Assembly: GCA_038244115.1 (NCBI GenBank) | Contig: JBBRTU010000002.1 | Location: 131,238 to 195,237, forward strand | Direction of reading: 5' to 3' | Origin: Burkholderiales bacterium | Lineage (GTDB): Bacteria; Pseudomonadota; Gammaproteobacteria; Burkholderiales; JBBRTU01 | Length of the DNA stretch: 64,000 nucleotides | Shown: in pieces, positions 20,804 to 30,358 of the stretch | Position numbering within the stretch: the first letter of the stretch is position 1 | Layout of the letters: every line of letters starts with the position of its first letter | Program-made: the position numbers and the translations under genes | Notes under the pieces: model-generated | What the model saw: only the letters and a program-made list of their open reading frames with translations | What the model was told of the DNA's origin: nothing | Databases searched by the model: none

Positions 20804-22117
20804 TCAGGAGGCCAGCGGCAGAATGAGCGTGGCCTTCAACCCGCCACCGTCGCGTAGTTCCAGCCGGAATTCACCGCCGTGCAAGCGTGCTGCACGTTCA
20901 ACGATGGCCTGTCCCAGCCCCGATCCACCGACCCCGCCGCGCGCGTTATCCAGTCGCACAAAAGGGCGCTTAACCGCTTCCACGCTTTCCGGCGGAATGC
21001 CCGGGCCACGATCCAGTACCGCAAGAAATGCGCACGGGCGGCCATGCCACATCTGTTCGTGCAAACGCAAAACAATATCGCCTTCCCCGTACTTGATGGC
21101 GTTGTCGAGCAGGTTGGCGAGCGCCCTTTTGAGCAACAGCGGCCGCACCTGGCAAAGCGGAAGTTCGGCCAGTTCCAGATTTAATTGCTTGGCGCGCTTG
21201 GCATAAGGTAAGGCAACGCTCTCGGCCAGCGCTTTCAGATCGGTAGCTGATACCGGCTCCTGTTCACCCAGCCGGGCATAGTCGAGGAACTGCCCGACCA
21301 CGTCATCCATCTGCTCCACATCGGCGATCAGTTCCTCCCGACTGGACTGGTCGGCGATAAATTCTGCCGCGATGCGCAACCGGGTAAGCGGGGTGCGCAG
21401 GTCATGCGAAATGCCGGCCAGCACTAGCGAACGCTCCCGCTCAATCGAAGCCAGGTCAGCCGACATCTGGTTGAAGGCACGCGCCACAATCATGGTTTCT
21501 TCGGCCCCGCTTTCATCCAGAGGCGGTGGCGTTTCGCCTTGACCAATAGCGCGCGCTGCCTTGACCATATCACGCAGCGGCTTGCCGACCTGACGCGCAA
21601 TCAGTGCGCCGCCTATCAATGCCAGCAGCAACACCAGGCTAACCCAACCCAGCCACTGCCACGCACGCGGACGCTCCACCCGTTCGCGCGGCATCATCAC
21701 CCAGAATGCGTCATCACCAATCAGGAAGCTGACCCAAAATCCTTCCATATCATTGCGGCTGGCGGCCAAATGGGTAGCTGCGCCTAATGCGCGGCGTATC
21801 TCCGCAACCATCAGCTGCGCAGACGTGTTCTCGCTGGGGAACGCGACCAGCATGTCGTTATCCTCAGCAGGAAATACCCGGATACCTTCGGCGCCAGCCA
21901 TTTCTGCCAACAAGGCTGAACGCAGCGTTGGATCGGCGGCCAACAGTGCCGCACGCGTCAAATTGACAACGGATATCACCGTCTGCGCGGTCTGGTGCGC
22001 GCGTGGTTCCTGCTCGGCCTGACGGTAAATCAAGGTGCTGGCTGCAAGCGAAAGCATGATCAACAACGCGATAAGCAAAAATGCGCGGACACGCAGACTG
22101 CGTGGCGCAAGCGTCAT
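20804..22117 (-). CDS. envZ: EnvZ-like osmosensor histidine kinase
   Basis: 437-aa ORF with two TM segments and a HAMP domain. H-box AGISHDLRTPLTRLR, N-box LDNAIKY, and G-boxes DRGPGIP / GSGLGQAIV. Confidence 0.8.
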   Translation of the reverse strand: MTLAPRSLRVRAFLLIALLIMLSLAASTLIYRQAEQEPRAHQTAQTVISVVNLTRAALLAADPTLRSALLAEMAGAEGIRVFPAEDNDMLVAFPSENTSAQLMVAEIRRALGAATHLAASRNDMEGFWVSFLIGDDAFWVMMPRERVERPRAWQWLGWVSLVLLLALIGGALIARQVGKPLRDMVKAARAIGQGETPPPLDESGAEETMIVARAFNQMSADLASIERERSLVLAGISHDLRTPLTRLRIAAEFIADQSSREELIADVEQMDDVVGQFLDYARLGEQEPVSATDLKALAESVALPYAKRAKQLNLELAELPLCQVRPLLLKRALANLLDNAIKYGEGDIVLRLHEQMWHGRPCAFLAVLDRGPGIPPESVEAVKRPFVRLDNARGGVGGSGLGQAIVERAARLHGGEFRLELRDGGGLKATLILPLAS

Positions 22118-22836
22118 GGCGCTTCACCACCATCCGGCACAAAAACGTAACCATGTCCCCATACCGTCTGGATATAGCGAGGCTTCGCCGCATCCGGCTC
22201 CGTCAGCTTGCGCAGCCTGGAAACCTGAACGTCGATGGTACGTTCGAAAGCCTCGTGGTCGCGCCCGCGCGCCAGCCCCATCAAACGGTCGCGCGAAAGC
22301 GGCTGACGCGGGTGACTGACAAATGCTTTTAGCAAAGCGAATTCACCCGTCGTAAGCGCAACAGCATTGCCATCGCGGGTGAGTGTGCGCGTAGCCAAAT
22401 CCAGTTGGCATGCGCCGAAGCTGACCGTGCCTTCCAGCCCGGCTGGCGCACCTGGCGGCGGTGTACGCTGGCGGCGCAGAATGGCATGGATGCGCGCCAC
22501 CAGCTCGCGCGGATTAAACGGTTTGGACAAATAATCATCCGCGCCCATTTCCAGCCCAACGATGCGGTCGATCTCGTCGCCCTTGGCGGTGAGCAGAATA
22601 ACCGGTGTGGTTTCGCCCGTACCACGGGCGCGGCGCAGGATGGAAAGACCATCTTCCCCCGGCAGCATGAGATCCAACACCCACAGATCGAAGCGGCCCC
22701 GATCCAGCACCTGCGCCATTTCGCGACCATCGGCAACGGCTCTCACGTCAAAACCCTGCTCCGTCAAATAGCGCAGCAGTAACTCGCGAATGCGCGTGTC
22801 ATCGTCGATGAGCAGAATGCGGATAGGTGTATTCAT
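22114..22836 (-). CDS. ompR: OmpR-family response regulator (very OmpR-like)
   Basis: Start at the internal Met, MNTPIRILLIDDDTRIRELLLRYLTEQGF...LDLMLPGEDGL...VGLEMGADDYLSKPFNPREL, closely parallels E. coli OmpR. The 5' extension to 22932 was trimmed. Confidence 0.85.
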   Translation of the reverse strand: MNTPIRILLIDDDTRIRELLLRYLTEQGFDVRAVADGREMAQVLDRGRFDLWVLDLMLPGEDGLSILRRARGTGETTPVILLTAKGDEIDRIVGLEMGADDYLSKPFNPRELVARIHAILRRQRTPPPGAPAGLEGTVSFGACQLDLATRTLTRDGNAVALTTGEFALLKAFVSHPRQPLSRDRLMGLARGRDHEAFERTIDVQVSRLRKLTEPDAAKPRYIQTVWGHGYVFVPDGGEAP

Positions 22837-23025
22837 GCTAGCTATCTTAACTGGCGGAGCGACAAAGCGTGTATCAAAATGTTGCAAAAACTGCGGCTGA
22901 AATAATTTGTTACAAACTCCCCTATTTGGCAAATAGATTGTTTACATTCCAGCCCTACGATGGCACCAACGCTTGCAATAACGCGAGCGTCACAAATTTT
23001 CCGAACCCCTATGAAGGAGAGCACC

Positions 23026-23529
23026 ATGAACAAAACCAACAAGACTATCCTATCGCTGATCGGCATGAGCTTCGCAATTATGCTGGCACAGTCTGCCCAG
23101 GCTGAGCCAGAAAACCAAGGCACCGTGGCAAGCGAACATGCCGGGCAGCACCATGAAGGCGCAAAAGAACGCCATGAAAAATGGCAGAAAATGAGTTTAG
23201 AAGAGCGCGCCGAGAAACGCGAGCAAATGCATCAACGCATGAAAAATATGTCTCCCGAGCAGCGCGCAGCCATGCGCAATCGCGACCCCGGCGTAAACGC
23301 ACGCCAATCTAATCAGCATGAACGCATCGAAAAGGGCGTCCATTCCGGCGCGTTAACCAAGGACGAAGCCAAAGGGCTGGTCAGCGAACAACGTTCGATC
23401 CGCCAGGAAGAGCGCCGGTACAAATCCGATGGCGTGCTGACCAAGGATGAGCGCAAGGATCTGCATCAAGACCTGAACGCCGCCAGCAAAGATATTTACA
23501 ACGAAAAGCATGACGCGGAGCATCGCTAA
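23026..23529 (+). CDS. Secreted highly charged helical protein (hypothetical)
   Basis: The ATG at 23026 is preceded by gaaggagag. Signal peptide MNKTNKTILSLIGMSFAIMLAQSAQA. Motifs MSLEERAEKRE and MSPEQRAAMR, and duplicated G.LTKDE.K.L segments. Confidence 0.65.
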   Translation: MNKTNKTILSLIGMSFAIMLAQSAQAEPENQGTVASEHAGQHHEGAKERHEKWQKMSLEERAEKREQMHQRMKNMSPEQRAAMRNRDPGVNARQSNQHERIEKGVHSGALTKDEAKGLVSEQRSIRQEERRYKSDGVLTKDERKDLHQDLNAASKDIYNEKHDAEHR

Positions 23530-23629
23530 ACGAGGCCAATTGTCGGGTTACGCTACGCTAACCCGACCTACGAAATTCCCCTGTTTATCTGCGGTTATCG
23601 CCGCTTTAAGGTTGAAAGGAGTTGCCAGG

Positions 23630-24280
23630 ATGAACAAGATCAAACAACTACACCGGCTGGCAATCGCGGGTTTACTGGCGCTGTGCCTACCCGCCTTTGC
23701 AGAGCAGGCCACCCCTCCCGACCCTGGAATAATTTCGCCCGAGCAAATGGAGCGGTTAAAAAACATGCCGCCCGAAGAGCGTAAGGTCGAACGGGAAAAA
23801 ATGCGTGAGCAATGGGAGAAGATGAGCCCCGAGGAACGCAAGGCCAAACGCGAAGAAATACGACAGCATATCCAGAGCTTGCCGCCCGAGCAGCGCGAAG
23901 CCATTAAACGGCGTATGCAGGAACGTCGTGAAAAAATGGGGCAGAGCAATCGCGAAGGCGGCGGGCAAGGGCCAGGAATGGGTGCGGGCGAACGCCCTCA
24001 TCATGAAGGCAGTGCAGGCCCTGGTCAGAATGTTTCCCCGGAAGAACGGAAAGCCAAGCGCGAGGCACTGCGTAAAAAGTGGGAAGAAATGAGCCCGCAA
24101 GAACGTGAAACTATGAAGAAAAAATTTCGCGAGCGTGAACAAAACCAGTCGCCCGAGGAGCGCGCCGCCAAGCGTCAGAAACTACGCGAGCACTGGCAGC
24201 AAATGAGCCCGGAAGAACGTCAGCAGATGCGCCATGATTTTGAGGGTGCCAAGCAAGGCGGTCAGCGTGGGCCTGTTTAA
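23630..24280 (+). CDS. Secreted SPE(E/Q)R-repeat protein (hypothetical, possibly DUF3106-like)
   Basis: ATG at 23630 with signal peptide ...LALCLPAFAEQ. Eight copies of x(S/P)P(E/Q)(E/Q)(R/M), mostly followed by basic KAKRE-type tracts. The family assignment is from memory only. Confidence 0.6.
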   Translation: MNKIKQLHRLAIAGLLALCLPAFAEQATPPDPGIISPEQMERLKNMPPEERKVEREKMREQWEKMSPEERKAKREEIRQHIQSLPPEQREAIKRRMQERREKMGQSNREGGGQGPGMGAGERPHHEGSAGPGQNVSPEERKAKREALRKKWEEMSPQERETMKKKFREREQNQSPEERAAKRQKLREHWQQMSPEERQQMRHDFEGAKQGGQRGPV

Positions 24281-24430
24281 GTGCTGAAATTAAACTGGGT
24301 TGGGTTGGCTAAACGCGCCTTATTGAAATCTAACGAAAGTGTAGGAAAGCTCTGCCCAGCGTGACGTAAACCAATTATGCTTCGGCCAGCTTAGCGCCCG
24401 AACGAAGCTTAATCAGGCCTTGCCACAAAC

Positions 24431-25447
24431 CTAAATTAATTTTTTAGCTAACAGTTCGTTCTTCAGATAGGCATAGTAAATCGGTGCGGCGACGACTCCG
24501 CCCAGGCCAAATACCGCCTCCATCATCAGCATGGCGGTAAGAAGTTCCCACGCGCGGGCATTGATCTGCGAACCGACAATGCGCGCATTCAGGAAATATT
24601 CCAGCTTGTGAATCACCACTAAAAATGCCAGCGATGTCAGCGCCATCTGCAAGGAAACGCTCAGGCTGACAATCACGATTATGGTATTTGAAATCAGGTT
24701 GCCTACCACGGGTATCAGGCCGAGGATAAACGTCAGTGCAATCATGGTTTTCGTCAGGGGCAGATGTATGTCCATAAATGGCAACGCCACCGCAAGGTAT
24801 AGCCAGGTAAAAGACGCGTTAATGAAAGCGATCCTGACTTGCGCAAACACCACGCGCCGGAAAGAAAGCGAAAACCGCTCCACACGCTCGGATAGCGCAG
24901 CGGCAAGGGGACGCATGGCTACCTCTGTGGCTACCTCATGCAGCGAAATCAACGCGCCCAATATCATGCCGATCAGCACATGCGCGATGACCACGCCCGC
25001 ATCTTTTCCCACGCCCTGCACTTCCGTAGCGTGCTCCCGCAGCCAGGTGACCATGGATTGTTGCAATGCTTCCGTATTGGCAGGCATATATTCCTGCACA
25101 AAAGCGGGCAGCATAGCTTTGGAACTTTCCAGAATTTCCGCCAGCCTGCTGAGCAAGGCTGGCAGGCGCCCGCCGCCGGAATGAAAAAAGGCTAAAGTGC
25201 CCATGATGCCCGCGATCAACAAGGACACCACGATAGTTGCCAGAAGCGCGACGACGGCAATCTTGGCTCGGCGTCCTTTAAGCTTTTTCAGAGAAATCCG
25301 GTCCGAGACTACGCGCACCAGCTCGTGCACCAACAACCCGGCAAGCAAGGCAGGCAACAAATGGGCGAGCAATACGAATAGCAAAGCGCAGGCCATGAGC
25401 ACCCACGAGGCAATGTGGGCGCGGGTAGTATCCGAAGGTACGGTCAA
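24431..25447 (-). CDS. AI-2E family transporter (PerM/YhhT-like permease)
   Basis: 338-aa polytopic membrane ORF. The C-terminal block PVVGNLISNTIIV...HKLEYFL...G is typical of the AI-2E/UPF0118 family. Confidence 0.7.
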   Translation of the reverse strand: MTVPSDTTRAHIASWVLMACALLFVLLAHLLPALLAGLLVHELVRVVSDRISLKKLKGRRAKIAVVALLATIVVSLLIAGIMGTLAFFHSGGGRLPALLSRLAEILESSKAMLPAFVQEYMPANTEALQQSMVTWLREHATEVQGVGKDAGVVIAHVLIGMILGALISLHEVATEVAMRPLAAALSERVERFSLSFRRVVFAQVRIAFINASFTWLYLAVALPFMDIHLPLTKTMIALTFILGLIPVVGNLISNTIIVIVSLSVSLQMALTSLAFLVVIHKLEYFLNARIVGSQINARAWELLTAMLMMEAVFGLGGVVAAPIYYAYLKNELLAKKLI

Positions 25448-25474
25448 AATATCTCCAAGAGCATATATAAAGGC

Positions 25475-26005
25475 TCAGCTGCCTTTGAGCCGGGTTAAGT
25501 CGTCAATGATTTCCTGCGAATGGCGCGAGGTATCGACCTTGAGATAAGGCTTGGCAATCTTCCCCTGCGGGTCGATCAGGAATGTGTAGCGTCGGGCAAA
25601 TTTGACCAGCCCCAGATTCAACAGCGCACCATATTGTTCGGCAGTCTTGCCGCCCTTGTCGGCCAGTAACGGAAAGGGTAAATGGTATTTCTTCGCGAAT
25701 TCCGCGTGTGAACCGGTGTCATCCACGCTCACACCAATCACCTGCGCACCCAGCGCGGTGAGTTTGTGCAGGTCATCCCGAAAGGCGCATGCCTCCTGCG
25801 TGCAGCCCGGCGTATCGTCCTTGGGATAAAAATACAGCACCACCCAACGCCCCTGGTATTCGCTTAGTGCATGGGTTTTGCCATTCTGGTCAGGCAGTTG
25901 AAATGCGGGTGCGGGTTTGCCGGCAAGCGGCACGTCACCTGCCTGGCTAATTCTTAGCCATAAAAGCCCCGCAACAACCAATAGTGCGATTAGTACAAAT
26001 TTCAT
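25475..26005 (-). CDS. bcp: Bcp-type peroxiredoxin with N-terminal signal/anchor
   Basis: 176-aa ORF with YFYPKDDTPGCTQEACAFRD (peroxidatic Cys context). It is preceded by the hydrophobic leader MKFVLIALLVVAGLLWL. Confidence 0.85.
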   Translation of the reverse strand: MKFVLIALLVVAGLLWLRISQAGDVPLAGKPAPAFQLPDQNGKTHALSEYQGRWVVLYFYPKDDTPGCTQEACAFRDDLHKLTALGAQVIGVSVDDTGSHAEFAKKYHLPFPLLADKGGKTAEQYGALLNLGLVKFARRYTFLIDPQGKIAKPYLKVDTSRHSQEIIDDLTRLKGS

Positions 26006-26259
26006 CGGGAATCTCCAATGGGTGCAATATTGCCAGACCCGGCGGGTTTTCAGGAGATTTTTGCATAATCAAAATTCAAGGCTGTTGCTTGGCCGAGCTT
26101 GTTGCTGATTGATATTTGGCGAGTTAGGATACGGGCTGCGCTAACCCAACCGCCTGCATGACAGCGTTGTGGTGCAAGCGCCGTATCCATACAGCAACCA
26201 TTATTACAATAGCATCCGATCAGTTAAAACTACATTACCTCGGTATAAACAGGCCCATC

Positions 26260-29103
26260 ATGCGAAAGATTTTGAAAACGAACCCAATGTTTTATTTCAG
26301 CGTTATGGTGCTCTTTGTTTTGCTGGTTAGCTTTTCCAACAGTATTCAAGCGGCAAACAAGAATGAGCAGGCATCCAAGTACTATGAAGATGCGTTGGTG
26401 CGCACTGAAAAGAAAGACTTTGCCGGCGCCATCATTCAGCTAAAGAATGCGCTGCAGCAGGACCCGAACATGCTGGCAGCGCACGTTTTGCTAGGCCGGG
26501 CCTTGCTTGAAAAAGGCCAACCCGACAGCGCCGAAGTGGAATTCGACAAATCCCTGACATTGGGGGTCGACCGCGCTGAGATCGCTATTGCACGCGCCCA
26601 AGCCTATGCCTACCAGGGGAAATACCGGCGCTTGTTGGATACTGTCCCCCTGGATGGTCTGGCACCTCTTGTCCGTCAGGGGGTGTTGTCCATCAGGGCC
26701 AATGCGCAAATGGAACTCGGCGACCTTAAAGCATCGAGACAGAGCCTTGAACAGGCTTATGCCATCACGGCCACCAAGCCTCCCCACCTGATCCTTATTG
26801 ATGCAAATTTGTCATTTCGCGAAGGCAAACCGCAAATCGCCCGGGGCCTGATCGACCAAGCCATCAAGCTCGATCCGAAAAGCGCCCCTTTCTGGAATTT
26901 CCGCGCCACGATTTCGCATAGTGAAAACGATTTCAAAGCGGCTCTCTCTGATTACAACAAGGCGCTGGTTCTCGACCCGAAATATCTCACCGCACGCCTG
27001 GCGCGTGCTTCGCTGCTGATGGATATGGCACAAGACAAACAGGCGGAGCTGGATTTGCAATATCTGCAGCGCGAATATCCCGAGGACCCGCGGGGCCTTT
27101 ATCTGGGGGCGTTGTTGTCCGAAAGGCAACACGACAGCGCGGCTGCCAAAAAGGCCTTGCATGACCTGACCAAGGTGCTTGACCCCGTTTCCCCGGAAAT
27201 ATTAAACCAGTCTTCTCAACTGCTTCTGCTAGGCGGCTTGGCCCACTTTAGTCTGAACCAGACGGAACAGGCCGCTAGCTATCTGCAGCGTTTGCTGGCG
27301 CTGGATCCCAAACATATTGCCGCACGCAAATTGATGGGGGCATTGCTGCTTAAAGAAGGCAATAGCAATGCAGCTATTGAAGTTCTGACGCCTGCCGTTA
27401 ACGCCACCCCCGATGATGCCAATGGGCTTTCGTTGCTGGCCAGTGCGTATATGGCCCAGAAGGATTTTCGCAAGGCCAGCGCGCTGCTTGAACGCGCTGC
27501 GCAGGTTACCGGTGGCGCGCCACAGTTTGAAAGTTCGCTTGGCTTCAGTCTGCTGGGCGGCGGACAAGTAAATCAGGGATTGGAGCATCTGACCCAGGCA
27601 TTTCGAAAAGACCCTGGACAACCTCAGGTAGGGGCTGCACTTGCCATACTGCATATCAAGCGCGGCCAGCCACGCCAAGCAGTCCAAGTTGCCGAGGCGA
27701 TGACACGGCGAGAACCCAATAGTCCCCTGGCGCTTAATCTGCTCGGCGTAACCCGTGTTGCCGCCAACGACCGTGCCGGGGGGCGTGCCGCTTACGAAAA
27801 AGCCGTAACGGCGGATCATAATTTCATGCCGGCCCGGCTCAATCTGGCCAAGCTGGATGTGATGGAAGGTAAGCACGATGTGGCACGAGAGCGGCTTGCC
27901 GCGATTCTCAAGGAGCAACCCAACAACACGCAGGCAATGGCTGAACTGGCCAATGTGGAAGAAAGTCTCGGTCGACTGGATGCAGCAATCCTGCAACTGC
28001 AAAAAGTACACTCGCTGGAACCGAAAAACATTAGCCCGGGGTTACATCTAGCGGAAATATACCTGCGCAAGGGTGAATCAGAGAAAGCGCTGAACCTCGC
28101 CAAGGATTTTGAAAACGTGAATAGCGCGGATCTGGAGGTTCTTGCCGTTGAAGGGCGCGCCTACGTAGCAGTGGGCAATCCCGGGTTGGCCCGGGTGATC
28201 TACAAACGCATGACCGCCATGGCCGGATTTGACATCGCGTGGCAATACCGTATCGCACAGTTGCAGCTCGGCGCCGGCGACCAGAATGCCGCCCTCTACA
28301 ATTTGGACAAAGCGCTTTCAGGTAGCCCTGATTACCTGCCAGCTTTGGCGCTAGAGACCGAACTAGAACTAAAAGGCGGCAAGTTGGCCGAAGCCGAGGC
28401 GCGCGCGCGCCGTATTGTCGGTCGCTACCCGGGGCAAAGCGAGGGTTACCGTTTGCTGGGAAATATTGCCATGGCACGTGGTCGCTTTGATGAGGCCACA
28501 ACCAATTTCCGCACAGCGCTGGACAAGGAACCCGGAACCGACTCGGTAATCCGGCTGTATCAAGCCAGCATTCGGGCAGGTCACCAGGCACAGGCGACCG
28601 AGATCATGACCGGCTGGCTCAAAGTACACCCAAATGACGATGGGGCCAGGTTGGCGCTTGCTGAAGGCCATTTGCGTGCCGGCAATATTGTGGCCGCGCG
28701 CGCTTTGTATGAAGCCATCTTGAAACGTCGTGGGGAAACTGTCGGAATTCTTAACAACCTTGCCGGCATTCTGTTGCAACAAGGGGAGACTGCGGCACTG
28801 GACTATGCCGAAAGGGCTTATCGCCTCGCCCCGGCTGATGCGGGGGTTGCTGATACCCTAGGTTGGGTCTTGGTAAAGCAGAACCAGGCCGAGAAAGGGC
28901 TGCGCTATTTGCGCGAAGCCAAGCTGCGCGATTCGACCAACGCCGAGATCCGCTATCATCTCGCAGCGGCACTAGAACGGCTGGGGCGCCCTGCCGAGGC
29001 ACGGCAGGAATTGGACCAGGCGCTCACAGGCAATACCGGCTTCCCAGGCATTGAGGATGCCAAAAAACTTCGCCAACGCCTTTCTATCCCGGCTACTCGA
29101 TGA
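26260..29103 (+). CDS. prsT: PEP-CTERM system TPR-repeat protein PrsT
   Basis: About 947 aa from the ATG at 26260, with a signal peptide followed by TPR repeats throughout (e.g. AIIQLKNALQQDPNMLAAHVLLGRALLEKG). Size and architecture match PrsT, and a PEP-CTERM gene lies adjacent. Confidence 0.75.
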   Translation: MRKILKTNPMFYFSVMVLFVLLVSFSNSIQAANKNEQASKYYEDALVRTEKKDFAGAIIQLKNALQQDPNMLAAHVLLGRALLEKGQPDSAEVEFDKSLTLGVDRAEIAIARAQAYAYQGKYRRLLDTVPLDGLAPLVRQGVLSIRANAQMELGDLKASRQSLEQAYAITATKPPHLILIDANLSFREGKPQIARGLIDQAIKLDPKSAPFWNFRATISHSENDFKAALSDYNKALVLDPKYLTARLARASLLMDMAQDKQAELDLQYLQREYPEDPRGLYLGALLSERQHDSAAAKKALHDLTKVLDPVSPEILNQSSQLLLLGGLAHFSLNQTEQAASYLQRLLALDPKHIAARKLMGALLLKEGNSNAAIEVLTPAVNATPDDANGLSLLASAYMAQKDFRKASALLERAAQVTGGAPQFESSLGFSLLGGGQVNQGLEHLTQAFRKDPGQPQVGAALAILHIKRGQPRQAVQVAEAMTRREPNSPLALNLLGVTRVAANDRAGGRAAYEKAVTADHNFMPARLNLAKLDVMEGKHDVARERLAAILKEQPNNTQAMAELANVEESLGRLDAAILQLQKVHSLEPKNISPGLHLAEIYLRKGESEKALNLAKDFENVNSADLEVLAVEGRAYVAVGNPGLARVIYKRMTAMAGFDIAWQYRIAQLQLGAGDQNAALYNLDKALSGSPDYLPALALETELELKGGKLAEAEARARRIVGRYPGQSEGYRLLGNIAMARGRFDEATTNFRTALDKEPGTDSVIRLYQASIRAGHQAQATEIMTGWLKVHPNDDGARLALAEGHLRAGNIVAARALYEAILKRRGETVGILNNLAGILLQQGETAALDYAERAYRLAPADAGVADTLGWVLVKQNQAEKGLRYLREAKLRDSTNAEIRYHLAAALERLGRPAEARQELDQALTGNTGFPGIEDAKKLRQRLSIPATR

Positions 29104-29197
29104 GTATTTGATGTTTGTCGAAATTTTTTACATCAGCGCCATGAGATTAAGGCGCCAATATTCTTAACACATTGATTGCAAATGAATTTAACTGCAC

Positions 29198-29213
29198 TGG
29201 CATGAAACTTGCT
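29198..29213 (+). promoter_or_regulatory. Sigma-54 (-24/-12) promoter TGGCATG-N4-TTGCT
   Basis: tggcatgaaacttgct matches TGGCACG-N4-TTGCW at all invariant positions (GG, GC, spacing). It lies 78 nt upstream of the ATG of the PEP-CTERM gene. Confidence 0.7.
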
Positions 29214-29290
29214 AGATTTCTTAAGCCAAGAGCGGAAGCAAGACGCTTCACGTAGCGTGACCAAAAAATAGATAGGCAGGGAGTATAACA

Positions 29291-30157
29291 ATGAAACCAA
29301 ACACACTTTTTACGATGATTCTCTCTTTAGCCGGGCTTGCCTTGTCTCTACCAGCCCAGGCTACGGCCGCGTATTCGTATTCCTGGAACCTTGATGCGAC
29401 AGGAACCGAAACTGGAAGCGGCAACTTTGGAAATACACGTACTTACGCCGGTACCGGAACCCCAACTCCAGCACCCATAAATAAGGTAACCGCCAGTGCC
29501 TGGGCCGACACTACTTCCGGCGCATCCACCACATCGGCTACCACAGCCAACAGCACATTAAACAGTGCTTACTTGGGCTATTACTCAGGAAACGGGCTGG
29601 GTGTATCGAATCGGTACGAGGGTATTGGCGTTACATCGCCTAACCACGCCATGGATAATGATGCAAATTATGACAGCATTGAGTTTAAATTCGATAGCGC
29701 CATTAAGCTCACCCAAGTAACGCTCGGTTATCCAACAGGCACCACTTATGACTCCGATATCAGCATATTGGCATGGACTGGCGCGGGCAGCCCTACATTG
29801 CTTGGGAACAAGTATGGGTCTCTGGTGGGGTCTGGCTGGACAGTTATTGGCAATTATTGCGATGTGTCAACGCTAGCGAACAAAACGGCGAACCTTTCCA
29901 CCGGCGTATCTTCCAGCTACTGGATAGTAGCCGCCTACAACAGCGCTTTTGGCTCTACCTGCATGAACGCGACGACTGGCGTATCTCAGTCCTGTAATAC
30001 CACGACCGCTGCGGGCTTAGATTACGTTAAGGTGAAAATGCTGGCCGGTTCCACTCCCACCACCCCCACCCCCTCGACCACTGGTGTTCCTGAGCCGGCC
30101 ACGCTGTTTCTGTTTGGTGCCGGTCTTTTGGGCCTGATCAGGGCGCGCAGGCAGTAA
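29291..30157 (+). CDS. PEP-CTERM sorting-domain surface protein
   Basis: 288-aa ORF with a signal peptide and a Thr/Ser/Gly-rich body. The C-terminus GVPEPATLFLFGAGLLGLIRARRQ is the canonical PEP motif plus TM plus basic tail. Confidence 0.9.
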   Translation: MKPNTLFTMILSLAGLALSLPAQATAAYSYSWNLDATGTETGSGNFGNTRTYAGTGTPTPAPINKVTASAWADTTSGASTTSATTANSTLNSAYLGYYSGNGLGVSNRYEGIGVTSPNHAMDNDANYDSIEFKFDSAIKLTQVTLGYPTGTTYDSDISILAWTGAGSPTLLGNKYGSLVGSGWTVIGNYCDVSTLANKTANLSTGVSSSYWIVAAYNSAFGSTCMNATTGVSQSCNTTTAAGLDYVKVKMLAGSTPTTPTPSTTGVPEPATLFLFGAGLLGLIRARRQ

Positions 30158-30190
30158 GCTCTGGTTGGTTTGCCAAAAACCTGAAGTTTG

Positions 30191-30224
30191 AAAAAATGGA
30201 GTCCATAAACGGACTCCATTTTTA
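30191..30224. terminator. Bidirectional rho-independent terminator
   Basis: Sequence aaaaa-atggagtcc-ataaac-ggactccat-ttttat: a 9-bp stem flanked by an A-run and a T-run. It sits between the PEP-CTERM gene (+) and tRNA-Ala (-). Confidence 0.8.
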
Positions 30225-30226
30225 TT

Positions 30227-30302
<76 letters not shown>

Positions 30303-30358
30303 ATCGTCGTTTCAATTTTATACCATTCGATTCGCGGCGTAAGTTCCAAGCGCCGGGA

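Noticed and set aside
22927-22942. A sigma-54-like element, tggcaaatagattgtt, upstream of the first secreted repeat protein.
   Set aside because: The invariant -12 GC is GT here. It was therefore not called, unlike the two good matches at 29198 and 43050.
23630-24280. Periodic nucleotide repeats that might suggest a CRISPR-like or satellite array.
   Set aside because: The repeats are in frame, imperfect, and encode the SPE(E/Q)R peptide repeat of a signal-peptide protein. They do not have a repeat-spacer structure.
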